The notes beneath the pieces are model-generated. The model did no database searches. It worked only from the letters and a program-made list of their open reading frames with translations, and was not told the origin of the DNA. From positions 47,031 to 111,030 of IMG/VR virus record IMGVR_UViG_3300046514_000687: a stretch of 64,000 nt of DNA, one strand, 5' to 3'. Position 1 is the stretch's first letter, and each line of letters starts with the position of its first letter. This DNA comes from a virus. Positions 18,200-28,297 of the stretch are shown here, piece after piece. A program made the translations under genes and the position numbers.

Positions 18200-18409
18200 A
18201 TGCCAACCCGCCGCGCCGGACAGGTCGGCCAGATCGACTACCAGGGCCGCTCCCACGACGCCGCCGACTGCGGCAGCTACCGCCTGATTCGCAAGGTCGA
18301 GCCGAGTAAGTGGCTGGTCGAGTGGACCGCCGCCTGCGACGCCGCCGACAGCCCCCGTCAGTCGGCTATCCGGTTCATCACCAAGAAGGCGTACGCCCGC
18401 TACTTCTAG
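18200..18409 (+). CDS. hypothetical protein
   Basis: First gene after P5. Confidence 0.6.
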   Translation: MPTRRAGQVGQIDYQGRSHDAADCGSYRLIRKVEPSKWLVEWTAACDAADSPRQSAIRFITKKAYARYF

Positions 18410-18444
18410 CGAGCCGCCGCCGCAGCACGAGGAGGAGGTTACCG

Positions 18445-18720
18445 ATGGCCCGCCCCGCCAAGCCCCAGCCCGCCACCAGGCCGCCGCGCCCGACCCCCAC
18501 CGGCGTGACCTACCTGCTGAAGGACGTCGGCCGCGACAGCAGCTTCACCTTCTCGGTAGGCGTTTTCCCGACTCTGGAGGCCGCCCAGCGCCACGCTGAC
18601 CCCGCGAGCACCCGCGAGTGGAGCAGCCACACCCGCTGGGGCGGGTATGCCTACTGGTTCACCGACGCCCCCGCCACCGACCGCGTCCTGGAGATCGAGA
18701 CCGTCCCGACGTTCAGCTAG
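18445..18720 (+). CDS. hypothetical protein
   Basis: Preceded by CCGCAGCACGAGGAGG leader. Confidence 0.6.
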   Translation: MARPAKPQPATRPPRPTPTGVTYLLKDVGRDSSFTFSVGVFPTLEAAQRHADPASTREWSSHTRWGGYAYWFTDAPATDRVLEIETVPTFS

Positions 18721-18759
18721 CCCGTAGGGCGGGAGGTCCCCGCCCGCAGCACGAGGAGG
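18717..18759 (+). promoter_or_regulatory. promoter-less variant of the leader with a replaced stem
   Basis: CTAGCCCGTA-GGGCGG-GAGGTCC-CCGCCC-GCAGCACGAGGAGG. Confidence 0.7.
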
Positions 18760-18765
18760 AGCGCC

Positions 18766-19428
18766 ATGGCCATCCGCCAGATGACCAGCCGCGAGGCCTA
18801 CGAGGCCGACCCCACGGACATCGAAGTCGTCCGCGACTACCCCGGCGCGGAGGACGGCAAGGTCTACCACGACCACTACTGCCTCCGCTCCGCGTTCCAC
18901 CACCCCGCCTTCCTGCAGGACGGCTGCGGCTTCGGGTGCCACGTCGGCGGGCCGCTCTACATGCACACCACGTTCCGCGGGCGGGTCCTGAAGACCGGCG
19001 AGCACAACTGGTACGACGACTCCGACTTTTACGCCATCGTGTGGCACCCCGGCGCCCAGGGGGACTACCCCGCCGAGGTCGAGTACGGCAGCACGCGCGG
19101 GTGGTCCTACCCCAACCGCGCCACGGTGGACGCCACCCCCGAGGTCCAGGCCGCCTACGCCGCCTGGCTGGCGGTGCGCCAGGCCGAGAGCGCCGCGCGC
19201 CGCAAGCTGGAGCGCGAGGCGCGGGTCGAGCGAGACAAGCTGGTGCGAGTGGTCCGCGGGCGCAAGGTTGCCAAGGGCACGCTGGGCATCGTCTTCTGGA
19301 CGGGGCCCAGCGCTTACGGCGAGCGGGTCGGCCTGACCGACGCCGCAGGCGCCACCCACTGGACCGCCGAGAGCAACGTCGAGGTCGTCGGGCAGGGGGC
19401 CTACGAGGAGGAGGCCCCCGCCTGCTAG
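18766..19428 (+). CDS. hypothetical phage protein with SH3/KOW-like C-terminus
   Basis: YDDSDFYA...ATVDATPEV...VRVVRGRKVAKGTLGIVFW. Confidence 0.7.
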   Translation: MAIRQMTSREAYEADPTDIEVVRDYPGAEDGKVYHDHYCLRSAFHHPAFLQDGCGFGCHVGGPLYMHTTFRGRVLKTGEHNWYDDSDFYAIVWHPGAQGDYPAEVEYGSTRGWSYPNRATVDATPEVQAAYAAWLAVRQAESAARRKLEREARVERDKLVRVVRGRKVAKGTLGIVFWTGPSAYGERVGLTDAAGATHWTAESNVEVVGQGAYEEEAPAC

Positions 19429-19434
19429 CCCCGC

Positions 19435-19505
19435 TGGCTACTAACGGCAACATGGGTTATAATCTAGCGTAGGTACCCCCGTAAGGTACCGCAGCACCAG
19501 GGAGG
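19435..19505 (+). promoter_or_regulatory. conserved promoter/leader element P6
   Basis: TGGCTA-17-TATAAT-CTAGCGTA-GGTACC-CCCGTAA-GGTACC-GCAGCAC..GGAGG. Confidence 0.9.
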
Positions 19506-19511
19506 ACACCG

Positions 19512-20184
19512 ATGGCCAAGACAACCGTCACCCACCACCACCCCGCCTGCACCCGCTGGTTCACCGACGGCCGCTGCCAGACCAGCACCCTCTGGCACCG
19601 ACGGGGGACCGTCCGCGAGATGATGGCCCTGCTCCGCACCCTCCAGCGGAACGCCCGCGGGATGAGCCGGGACTACTTCCTCAGCGACCCCTGCGACGGG
19701 ACGCCCGAGGACTGCGCCGCCTACGCCAAGGTGCGCTAATGGGACTCATCGACCGCCTGCAGGCCCGCGGGCAGTTCACCCCCGCCTTCCCCCTCGCCGC
19801 ACCGCGGTGCGCTCGCTGCGGCGAGCTGATCCACCTGACCGTGCTGGCGGTCGGCTGGCAGGGGCCGTACTACCACGCGAGTTGCGCGCCGTCCGCGCGC
19901 CCCACCACGGAGGACCAGCCGTGAGCCACATCACCACCGGCCCGATCCCGCACCGCCTGACCGACAAGCAGCTCACTAACCTGGCCATGGAACACAGCAG
20001 CTACACTTACCAGGCCTCGCTCGACGCCGCGCCGCTCCAGTGCTGCCGCACCTGCGGCCACTACCCGCGCCGCCCGGTCATCCACACGCCGTATCCCTGC
20101 CCCGTCGCCCAGGCGCTCGGCCACCTGTACGTCGTGCAGGGGATGGCCGAGCAGGAGCCGCCGTGGGAGCGGACCGATAGCTAA
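19512..20184 (+). other. three small ORFs (19512-19739, 19739-19924, 19921-20184)
   Basis: Coupled ORFs after P6, Cys/His-rich. Confidence 0.55.
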
Positions 20185-20220
20185 GATCACGGGCAGCCCG
20201 TCAGCGGGCCGCCCGTACTC

Positions 20221-20296
20221 TGCCCGTGTACCGGCCGGTAGCTGGACGCAACCTATGAAGTTGCGGGAGGAGGTTCGACCCCTCCACGGGCAACCG
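20221..20296 (+). tRNA. non-canonical 8/4 tRNA-like gene, anticodon ATG (would read His CAU)
   Basis: Acceptor TGCCCGTG/CACGGGCA (8 bp), U8A9, D-arm CCGG/CTGG, anticodon arm CGCAAC-CTATGAA-GTTGCG, T-arm GAGG-TTCGACC-CCTC, 3' A-CCG. Confidence 0.7.
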
Positions 20297-20322
20297 GGTC
20301 TAGCGCGTGAAGGAGATGGACG

Positions 20323-20472
20323 ATGACGATCAAGCTGTGGGCCTGCCAGGTCTGCCGGGGCATCACCGCCAACCCCGACCAGTGCCGCGACTGCCAGCGG
20401 CGCCTGTGTGCCGAGTGCTACGCCACTCACCCGCGCCCGTGTGACGGCGCGGCGGAAGGAGCGCCCCAGTGA
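20323..20472 (+). CDS. 49-aa Zn-finger-like protein (not in ORF track)
   Basis: CQVC..CRDC..CAEC; AGGAG RBS. Confidence 0.55.
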   Translation: MTIKLWACQVCRGITANPDQCRDCQRRLCAECYATHPRPCDGAAEGAPQ

Positions 20473-21068
20473 GCCTGGCCAAGATGGTCATGGACCTGCT
20501 CGGGGCGGCCGAGGCCGACGCCGCGCGGGAGGCAGCGCGGGATGCCCGCCTGGATCGCCTGCTGGCTGCCGTCGAGGACCAGGGCGCCATGCTGCTGGAG
20601 CTGGCCGAGACGGTACGCGCCCTGACGGCGCCGAGCCTAGAGCCGCTGCCGGCTAGCGTCGCTGCTGAGATCGACGTGCCCGTTATACGCAAACCGGACG
20701 TACCGCTGGTCGCGGTTTCCGCTCCCCCGTCGGATGCAACGCCGGCCAAGCCGCAGCCCACCACGAGCGACCCCGACGAGTACATGCTGCTGCGGCGGTA
20801 CCTCGACGAGCGCGAGGCCACCTACCAGTCGCTCGCCGCGGACTACGGCCGGTCGCCCAACACCATCACCAAGCTGATCGAGCGCGCGGCCGACCGCCTG
20901 GGGGCGACCACCCGCAACGCGCTGCGGAAGGCCGCCCACGGGAAGAAGGGCTACAAGGCCATCGCTCGCCAGCGTGCCGCCCAGCAGCAGCTCGGGCGCA
21001 CCCAGCCGCCGGGGACGACGGGTGCGCGGTTCAGCACGGTCCCCATCAGCCAGGCGCGAGGGCACTGA
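20469..21068 (+). CDS. HTH-containing protein
   Basis: TYQSLAADYGRSPNTITKLI. Confidence 0.6.
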   Translation: MSLAKMVMDLLGAAEADAAREAARDARLDRLLAAVEDQGAMLLELAETVRALTAPSLEPLPASVAAEIDVPVIRKPDVPLVAVSAPPSDATPAKPQPTTSDPDEYMLLRRYLDEREATYQSLAADYGRSPNTITKLIERAADRLGATTRNALRKAAHGKKGYKAIARQRAAQQQLGRTQPPGTTGARFSTVPISQARGH

Positions 21069-21289
21069 TGGCCGACCACTTCCACGTCTACGAGATCCAG
21101 CGCGACATGCTGGACCGCCGTCAGCTCATCCGGAGCTACAGCGTGACCCACCACGAGCCGGCCGTCAGCCGCCTGCGCGCCATCCTGGGCGCCGGGAAGG
21201 CCGTGCTGGTCGAGCCCTGCGACCGGGAACTACTGGTCGGCCAGCAGCCCCACGACTGCCCGGCGACGATGGACGACCGCGCGTTCTAA
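21068..21289 (+). CDS. hypothetical protein
   Basis: TGATG coupling. Confidence 0.55.
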   Translation: MADHFHVYEIQRDMLDRRQLIRSYSVTHHEPAVSRLRAILGAGKAVLVEPCDRELLVGQQPHDCPATMDDRAF

Positions 21290-21301
21290 GAGGAGGAGCC
21301 C

Positions 21302-22006
21302 GTGAGCCCGCGTACCTACCCCCTGGTGGGGGACCGCTTGCCCGAGGGTACCGAGGGCATCGCCGAGATCCGCCGGGTGGTCTTCGACCGCCTGATCGCG
21401 CGCAACAGCAACCCCGCCCTGTGGGTTACGCCCGGTGCCTACACCAAGCTCGTCATCGACGGCGAGGTGATGATGAGTGACACTCCGCACGAGGACGCCA
21501 CCTGTGCCGAGCTGCTGCTCCACGCGCGGGGCAGCGTGCTGATCGCGGGCCTGGGCATCGGGATGGTCCTGCCGCCCGTGCTCGCCAAGCCGACCGTCAC
21601 GCGCGTGCTGGTGCTGGAGAAGTACGCGGAGGTGATCGCCCTGGTAGCCGCCAGCGTGGCCCACCCGAAGCTGGAGATTCGCCAGGCCGACGTACTGCTC
21701 GACCCGGTGCCGACGGAGGAGTTCGACACCGTCTACCTGGACATATGGCCCACGCTCAGCGACCTGAACCTGCCCGAGATGGCCGCCCTCCGGCGGCGGT
21801 TCGCGCCCTGCTACCGCACTCGCAAGACCTGGGTCGGCTGCTGGGGCGAGATGCAGTGCCGCGAGTTCAAGGCGGTCAACGCGGCATTCGCCGCCGCCAC
21901 GGTAGCCGGCGACGAAAAAGGCAAGCACGCGGCGGCCCAGCGCATGATGGCGCTCGGGTTCGACCTGGGCGGCGCGCTAGCCGACCGCGCGGCTGGCCGT
22001 CTCTAG
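21302..22006 (+). CDS. class I SAM-dependent methyltransferase, spermidine-synthase-like
   Basis: GEVMMSDT, VLIAGLGIG, VLVLEK, FDTVYLDIW. Confidence 0.75.
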   Translation: MSPRTYPLVGDRLPEGTEGIAEIRRVVFDRLIARNSNPALWVTPGAYTKLVIDGEVMMSDTPHEDATCAELLLHARGSVLIAGLGIGMVLPPVLAKPTVTRVLVLEKYAEVIALVAASVAHPKLEIRQADVLLDPVPTEEFDTVYLDIWPTLSDLNLPEMAALRRRFAPCYRTRKTWVGCWGEMQCREFKAVNAAFAAATVAGDEKGKHAAAQRMMALGFDLGGALADRAAGRL

Positions 22007-22063
22007 CCCGATGGGTTATAATCTAGCGTAGGTACCCGCAGCGGGTACCGCAGCACACGGAGG
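21994..22063 (+). promoter_or_regulatory. conserved promoter/leader element P7
   Basis: TGGCCG-17-TATAAT-CTAGCGTA-GGTACC-CGCAGCG-GGTACC-GCAGCACACGGAGG. Confidence 0.9.
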
Positions 22064-22068
22064 CACCG

Positions 22069-22890
22069 ATGGACACCCCCGCCCGCGAGCACCCCGTCTG
22101 GAGCGACCTCTTACGCGGCGCCGTCGAAGACCCCGGCCGCGCATCGGCAGCTTATTCCAACTTCTGGCCTTACAGCTTCCGCAACCAACTGCTCGCGATG
22201 GAGCAGTGCCTGCACCGCGCCCTGCCCATCGGCCCCATCGCCAGCTACCGCGGCTGGCTGGCCCACGGGCGCCAGGTCCGCAAGGGCGAGAAGGCGCTGA
22301 GCCTGTGGATGCCGATTCACCGCCGCGGCGAGCCCAAGCCGTCCGACGAGGCGGCCGAGACCGCCCGCGTCCGCTTCGTGTTCCTGAACCGCTGGTTCGT
22401 CTACGCCCAGACCGACCGCGCCGACGGGGCTACCGAGGACTGGGCGCCGCTGCCCGTGCCGGGCTGGGACCGTGGACAGGCCCTGTCTGCCCTCCAGGTG
22501 CGCGAGGTCGCCTTCGACTCGGTAAACGGGAACGTCCAGGGCTGGAGCGTGCCCGCCGACCGGACGCTGGCGCTGAACCCCGCCGGTACCCACCCCGTCC
22601 AGACCACCTTCCACGAGCTAGGCCACATCGTCCTGGACCACGTGCGTGGGCACGACGACGCGGGCACGGCAGAGGTAGAGGCGGAGTGCGTGGCGCTGCT
22701 GGCGACGGCGACGCTGACCCCGACGGCTACCGAGGCGCTGGCCGCCTCCCGGCACTACGTGCAGTGGTATATCGCCAAAACCCCGGACGGCCTTACCGAA
22801 GAGATGAGCCGTCGCATTATGAGTGCGGCTAACCAGGTACTTGTAGCCGGCAGAGTGCAGGAGAATGCAGGCGATGACCAAGCCGCGTGA
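22069..22890 (+). CDS. ArdC-like ssDNA-binding domain plus zincin-like domain (antirestriction-type)
   Basis: YSFRNQLL, ASYRGW..GRQVRKGEKA, HELGH, EVEAE. Confidence 0.8.
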   Translation: MDTPAREHPVWSDLLRGAVEDPGRASAAYSNFWPYSFRNQLLAMEQCLHRALPIGPIASYRGWLAHGRQVRKGEKALSLWMPIHRRGEPKPSDEAAETARVRFVFLNRWFVYAQTDRADGATEDWAPLPVPGWDRGQALSALQVREVAFDSVNGNVQGWSVPADRTLALNPAGTHPVQTTFHELGHIVLDHVRGHDDAGTAEVEAECVALLATATLTPTATEALAASRHYVQWYIAKTPDGLTEEMSRRIMSAANQVLVAGRVQENAGDDQAA

Positions 22891-23317
22891 CGTCGCAGTG
22901 CGGCTATTCGCAAGACTACCAGCCATTCCAGCCGCTAGCGGCTGCTGGGAATGGCCCGGCAGGAGAGAGCCGAACGGGTACGGCACCATCAGGAGCAACG
23001 CTGGCCCAAAGGTCTACGTGCACCACGTCGCTTACCGCTACCTATTCGGCCCCATTCCGGAGGGCAAGCAAGTGCAGCACGATTGCGATAACAAGATCTG
23101 CTGCTTGCACCTTTACGCGGGAACCCAACAGCAAAACATGGACGACATGGTTCAGAGGCAGCGGCACTCAAACCAGCAAAAGACCCACTGCCCGCAAGGA
23201 CACCCACTCAGCGGCCCTAACCTCGGCACCGGCCCGCGCGGCGCGCGCATGTGTACTGCCTGCCAGCGCGCCGCCGAAGCGCGCTATCGCGCCAAGCGAA
23301 GAGCAGCTAGGAGTTGA
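22874..23317 (+). CDS. HNH homing endonuclease
   Basis: GCWEW...GYG...VHHVAY...HDCDNKICC.HL..GTQQQN; C-terminal THCPQGH module; AT-richer. Confidence 0.85.
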   Translation: MTKPRDVAVRLFARLPAIPAASGCWEWPGRREPNGYGTIRSNAGPKVYVHHVAYRYLFGPIPEGKQVQHDCDNKICCLHLYAGTQQQNMDDMVQRQRHSNQQKTHCPQGHPLSGPNLGTGPRGARMCTACQRAAEARYRAKRRAARS

Positions 23318-23321
23318 AGCG

Positions 23322-26300
23322 ATGACCAGGCAGCCTGACCGCAGCGCAGCGAGCATCCAGGCTGCTAACCGGGCGCTAGAACTCCGCGCCCTGCGGCTCG
23401 GCCGGCACCTGCTGGGCCTGTGTGAGTCCTGCGGCGCAGAGCCCGTGCCGGGCAGTCGGGCTTGCCCGGCCTGCGCCGCCAAGCAGCAAGAGGAGGAGGC
23501 CATGAGCCTGATTCCGACTCCCTTCGCAGACGCGGACTTCGGCGCGCGGTTCCGGGTTGCCTGCCTGACCGTCGCGGCAGCCAACCCCGCCTATACCTTC
23601 GCCGCTACGCTGAGCGCCGCGCTGACAGCGCTACTGCCGCCCGCCGCCTACGCCAGCTTCGAAGCCGAGCGCACCTCGATACGTCAGGCGGCGCTGGCCG
23701 CGCTGACGCCGCCGCCCTTCCAGCGCGTGGCCAGCCCCGGCGGGTTCTACTGCGGCGGCTGCGCCGAGCACCACACCGACGCCGAAGGCGCTTGGCGCTG
23801 CACTTGCGGGAAGATCGTCTGCGAGCCCCACTGCAAGGCCAGCCACCAGTGCCAGCCCAACCAGTTTGTCAGCGAGCGGGAGCGCGAGCGGCTGACCGAG
23901 CAAGCCCGGAAAGACGGCTAGGCGATGGCAGAATACGTGGTCGTGGGCAGCAGCCGGCGGCCCCGCGCGCGGCACCTGTGGGCCCATACCCACACGCTAG
24001 ATGGCCGGGCGCAAGCGCTGTGCGGCGAGGTTGCCCCGCGCGGGGGCTGGCAGATCCTACGCTGGCTGCCGGCTACCGACGCGGGTTGCAAAAGCTGCAA
24101 GACCGCGGCGGGGAGGACCAATGGCGCGACGCAAGCGTAGCCCGGCCCCGCCACCCGCCACCCGCCAGCGCCTCTTCGAGGCCGTTATCGGCAGTGTGGA
24201 TGGCGCGCCCGTACTCTTCGGGCCAGTCCTGTGGGCCGAGCTGTGGACCAGCAGCGCAATCGGCCAGATGGGCGGCGTGCTTGGCATCCCGCCCGGCAAG
24301 GTCCTGCGCGTCGAGGCGTGGGTGGTCGATGAGAGCGAGGAGGCCGCCCGCGTCGCCGTCGCGCGCCGGGGGCCGGGGACGGGCGAGGACTTTGACGTGA
24401 TGCACTTCAATGCCGAGAGGCGACCGAAAGGAGTAGGGCATGCCTGACGAATCCGAGACCATGACCCCCGAAGAGGCCGCGGCGGTGGCCCGCGCCCGCG
24501 TCGCCGTGGAGCAGATTCGCGCGATGGTCGGCACGCTGATCCAGGCGCTAGAGGTCGCCGAGAAGGCACTCTCTGAGGTCTGGCGCGAGGGCGCCGAACC
24601 CCAGAACCACCGCGTCTACCAGGCCCGCGAGGAGATCAGCGCAGCGCTGACCCTGACGCACAGCCGGGAGAACTGATGCCGAACGGTAACGAGGAGCGCA
24701 TGAGCACGGGCAAGCCGTTTCCCGATGACCGGAGGCCAGGTCCCTTCGGACCGCGCGACCCCGTGACCGGACTGTACTCCGAAGGGTCTGGAGAGCCCGT
24801 GCCCGCGCCGGAGTGGGACGCTATCGGAGTCGGAGTGCTGGTCGGCATCCGCGAGGAGCTAGCCACCCTGAACCTCTCGCTGCGGGCGCTGGTCCAGTTC
24901 GCTGCCATCATTGCCCAGGACAGCCCGCAGACGCGGATGCTCACCGCCAAGAGCGCCGTCGCGCGCGCGGCCAAGGAGATCGCCGAGTGGAACGCTGCGA
25001 AGGAGCCGCCCGATGCCGCGCCTAACTGACGACACCGTGGTCTGCCGCGTCACTGCCATCTCGCGCACCCGCGTCGACCTGGACTGCGAGCACGGCGCCG
25101 ACTTCCCCGAGGTCCTGCCCGCCTGGATGGCCGCGCGCCTGGCCCAGCTTACCGTCGGGGAGGAGCAGATCTGCCCCGACTGCGTCGCCCAGGAGATCGC
25201 CGCGGGGCAAAGCTGTGCTCCCGCCGATTGACCCGTGGCGGCTCACCTACGCCTACCTGGCCGGCGTCGTCGTCACGCTCGTGCTGTACTACCTGGCCTG
25301 GCTACGCCAGGAGGCCCCGCCGAGCCGCCGCGAGGGCGTCAGCACTATGCTGCTAGCAGTAGCCTGGCCGGTGCTAGCCGTCTGGGCGCTGTGGGCCGTC
25401 GCACGCTCTGCCATCCGGGGGTATTAATGGCCGAACTGAACGAGCCGACCGCGACCGAAGCTGCCTTCCGCCAGGGCTACCAGGCCGCCGTCGATGAGCT
25501 GCGCGGGGAGAGGCGCCTGCTCGACGAGCCCGCGCCGCCACCTAAGCGCAACCTGACCTACGAGCAGCAGCTCAAGATCCGGGTCGAGAAGCTGGAGCGC
25601 CTGCTGGGCGAGCGCGACGAGACGATCCGCCGGACGCTTACCCAGGTTGGGCTGGCGCGCGCCGACCGCGTCCGCGCGGTGGGGGACAAGCGGCGGCTGG
25701 TGGCCCACATCATCGGGCTCGGCCAGGCACTCAGCCTGGCCGGGCTCGACGTGCCGCCGCTGCCGGAGGAGGAAGACGATGGACTGGAGCGGGGCGATGA
25801 TCGCCCTGATCGACGAGACGACGCGGGTCTACCGGAAGGGGGCGGCGGTCTCCCGTGATGGGCCGGTGCTGACCGTCGACGACTTCCCGCCGCTGCCGAC
25901 GGAGCAGCCCGCCACAGAGGCGCTGGTCGACGTGCACTTCATCTGGGTCAGCGTCCGGCGGGCGGCGGCCGAGCAGCGCACCGTAGAGCTGCAAACACTA
26001 CTGGCGGGCTACCCGGCGCTGGATCGGCTGGCGGCGGGGCCGTCCTACATCGAGCTAGGCGGCGTGCTGGGCGACCAGGGGTACGCGCTGCGGCTGCTGG
26101 CGCTGGGCGAAGTGCTGCGCCTGTGGCGGCTGTTCACGCCGGCCAGCTTCGGCATCACCGGCGCGCGAGCCGACGAGATGGCCGGGTCGGGCTACGTCCT
26201 GTGTAGCGGGTGGCGGCCATGAGCGAGCCGGACGACGACGCCGCCCGTGCCGCCGCGCACACGGCCTACTGCGCCGCGCTGAGTAGCCGCGCCTGGGCGG

Positions 26301-28072
26301 CCTACGTCGCCCGGCAGGCCGCCGCGGTCCTGACGGACATTCACCGCGCCCTCCACGAGATCGGCGACGAGATAGCCGCGCACGAGGCCGAGCTAGCAGA
26401 GCTGGCCGCAGCATCCCACGAGCTAGAACACCGCCAGGCGGAATGGAAGGCCTTTGCCGCGACGCCTGGCGCTATGCCGGCGGCCGCGCGCGGCACCCGC
26501 TTCACGACCCTCTGGGAGGCACTGCCGGACTACTTACGCGAGTGGACGCCGGAAAGCGAGTAGCGCAAGGAGAGAAAAGGGTGATGACCGACAGTACGGC
26601 GGTTCGCCAGTGTGATCTGCTAGTTGCGGATGAGCGGTGCGTCCTGGTCCTGGGCCACCGCGGAGACTGCGTCGAGCCGTGGCCAGGCACGGACATGTCC
26701 GACGTGATCCGCTATCGGGTACTTGCCGACAGGTACGCTGCGGCGCAGGAGGTAGTCGACGACCAGGCGACGCAACTCGCCGCGCAGCAGGCCACGATCG
26801 CTCAGCTCGCCGGCGACCTGGGCTGTGCGGACAGCAGCGCGCGTTGGGTGGGGCGGGGGATGGGCAACGCTCTGATGGCCAACCAGGACCTGCGGACGGC
26901 TCGCGACCGGCTGGCCGCGCGGCTCGCCGCAGTAAGCGACCTGGTTGGCGCCGTCGCGCACGCGCTGGCCCTGCACGACACGATCATGGCGGCCACGCCG
27001 CCGACTTCGGCGATGTACCACGAGAGCCGCCAGCGGTGGGAGGCGATGCGGACGGCACTGGCAGCAGTGCGGGAGGAGCCGGGTGGATAACACTACACGA
27101 GCGCGGCTAGACGAGATAGGGCCATCTCCACAAGGGCGCTATCTCTGGATCGAGGATACCGAGACGCCTGTGGACGAGTTGCGAGCTAGGCTCGCCGCCT
27201 ACGATGCCCTGCTGGCCGAGCGTGATGACTTGCGCCAGATTATGGGCGAGACCACCTATCTGACCGATGCGCTGGCCGCCCTGCGTACAACGAGTGACCA
27301 GCTCGTGGCCGCTGAGGCCGAGCGGGACCGGCTCCAGGCGATCGTCGACGAAGCCCTGCCGCTGGCTGAGCGCCTGGTGCCCGCGGTCGCGGACCTGGAG
27401 GCGCGGCTCGCCGCTGCGGAGGGCCGGAATGGCTGACCTCCCGAACGCCCCCCCGACTTACAACGAGGCCGGCCTGCTCTGCCGCTGCCAGGGCGACTGG
27501 TTCTGCCGCGCCGGCGAGCTCGCCCAGCGCATCGAGGCTTTGGAGACCGTACTAAACACCACGACCAAGCGAGCCGCGACCTACCAGGCGGCGCTCCAGC
27601 GAATCCGCGACGACTATGGCCTGGTCTGCGCGGAGTATGAGCTGTGCACTCACGTCGCCTGCGAGTCCAGCTACGGCGCCTGGGCCACCGCTGACGAGGC
27701 ACTCCGGCCCAGCGCGGAGCCGCCCCCGTGAGGCGCCGCCGGATCGCGCCCCTGCCGACACTAGAAGACCTGGGGCTCACCCCCGCGGTCCGGCGGCTGG
27801 GCGACCAGCTCGTCGAGCGCGGCATCGACCGCGGCGGGCTCGCCGACGAGTACTGCCAGAGCCTGGATTACTTCGCCAAGACGCGGCGGCTCTACTGCCC
27901 GCGCTGCGGCGAGCTGCTGTGCGTGGACCTGATGGCCGACGACGACGAGGAGCACTTCCGGGCGAGCTGCGTCGAGTGCAGCTGGCCCGGTCCCTACGAG
28001 ACCGGCCAGGAGTTCGCGCGGCGGTGGGTTGCCGCCGTGGACGCGCTCCGGCAGCGGCAGCAGACGCAGTAG
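23322..28072 (+). other. tightly packed small hypothetical ORFs (e.g. 23322-23921, 23925-24140, 24121-24447, 24440-24676, 24676-25029, 25215-25427 membrane, 25427-25858, 25779-26222, 26219-26563, 26581-27090, 27083-27436, 27429-27731, 27728-28072)
   Basis: Overlapping starts/stops and RBSs; no family recognised. Confidence 0.55.
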
Positions 28073-28106
28073 CGCGCCGGACGGCCCTCGCGGGATCCGG
28101 CGCGCT
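28071..28106. terminator. 11-bp hairpin after operon end
   Basis: AGCGCGCCGGA...TCCGGCGCGCT. Confidence 0.45.
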
Positions 28107-28224
28107 GCCCGCGCGTGGAGGGTCCGATGGACGCAGACCCGCCGGCCCCAGTATAGCCCCAAAAGGGGGTCGCGCATGCCGCCGGAGAGGAGTACACTGG
28201 AAGTCCGGCCGCGCCCTGACACGC

Positions 28225-28292
28225 TGGCATGGCCTGTCCCAGCGGGTTATAATAGGCTAAGGTACCCCCTGATGGTACCGCTTGCGTGGAGG
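28225..28292 (+). promoter_or_regulatory. promoter/leader element P8 (variant)
   Basis: TGGCAT-17-TATAAT-AGGCTAA-GGTACC-CCCTGAT-GGTACC-GC..GGAGG. Confidence 0.85.
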
Positions 28293-28297
28293 ACTAG

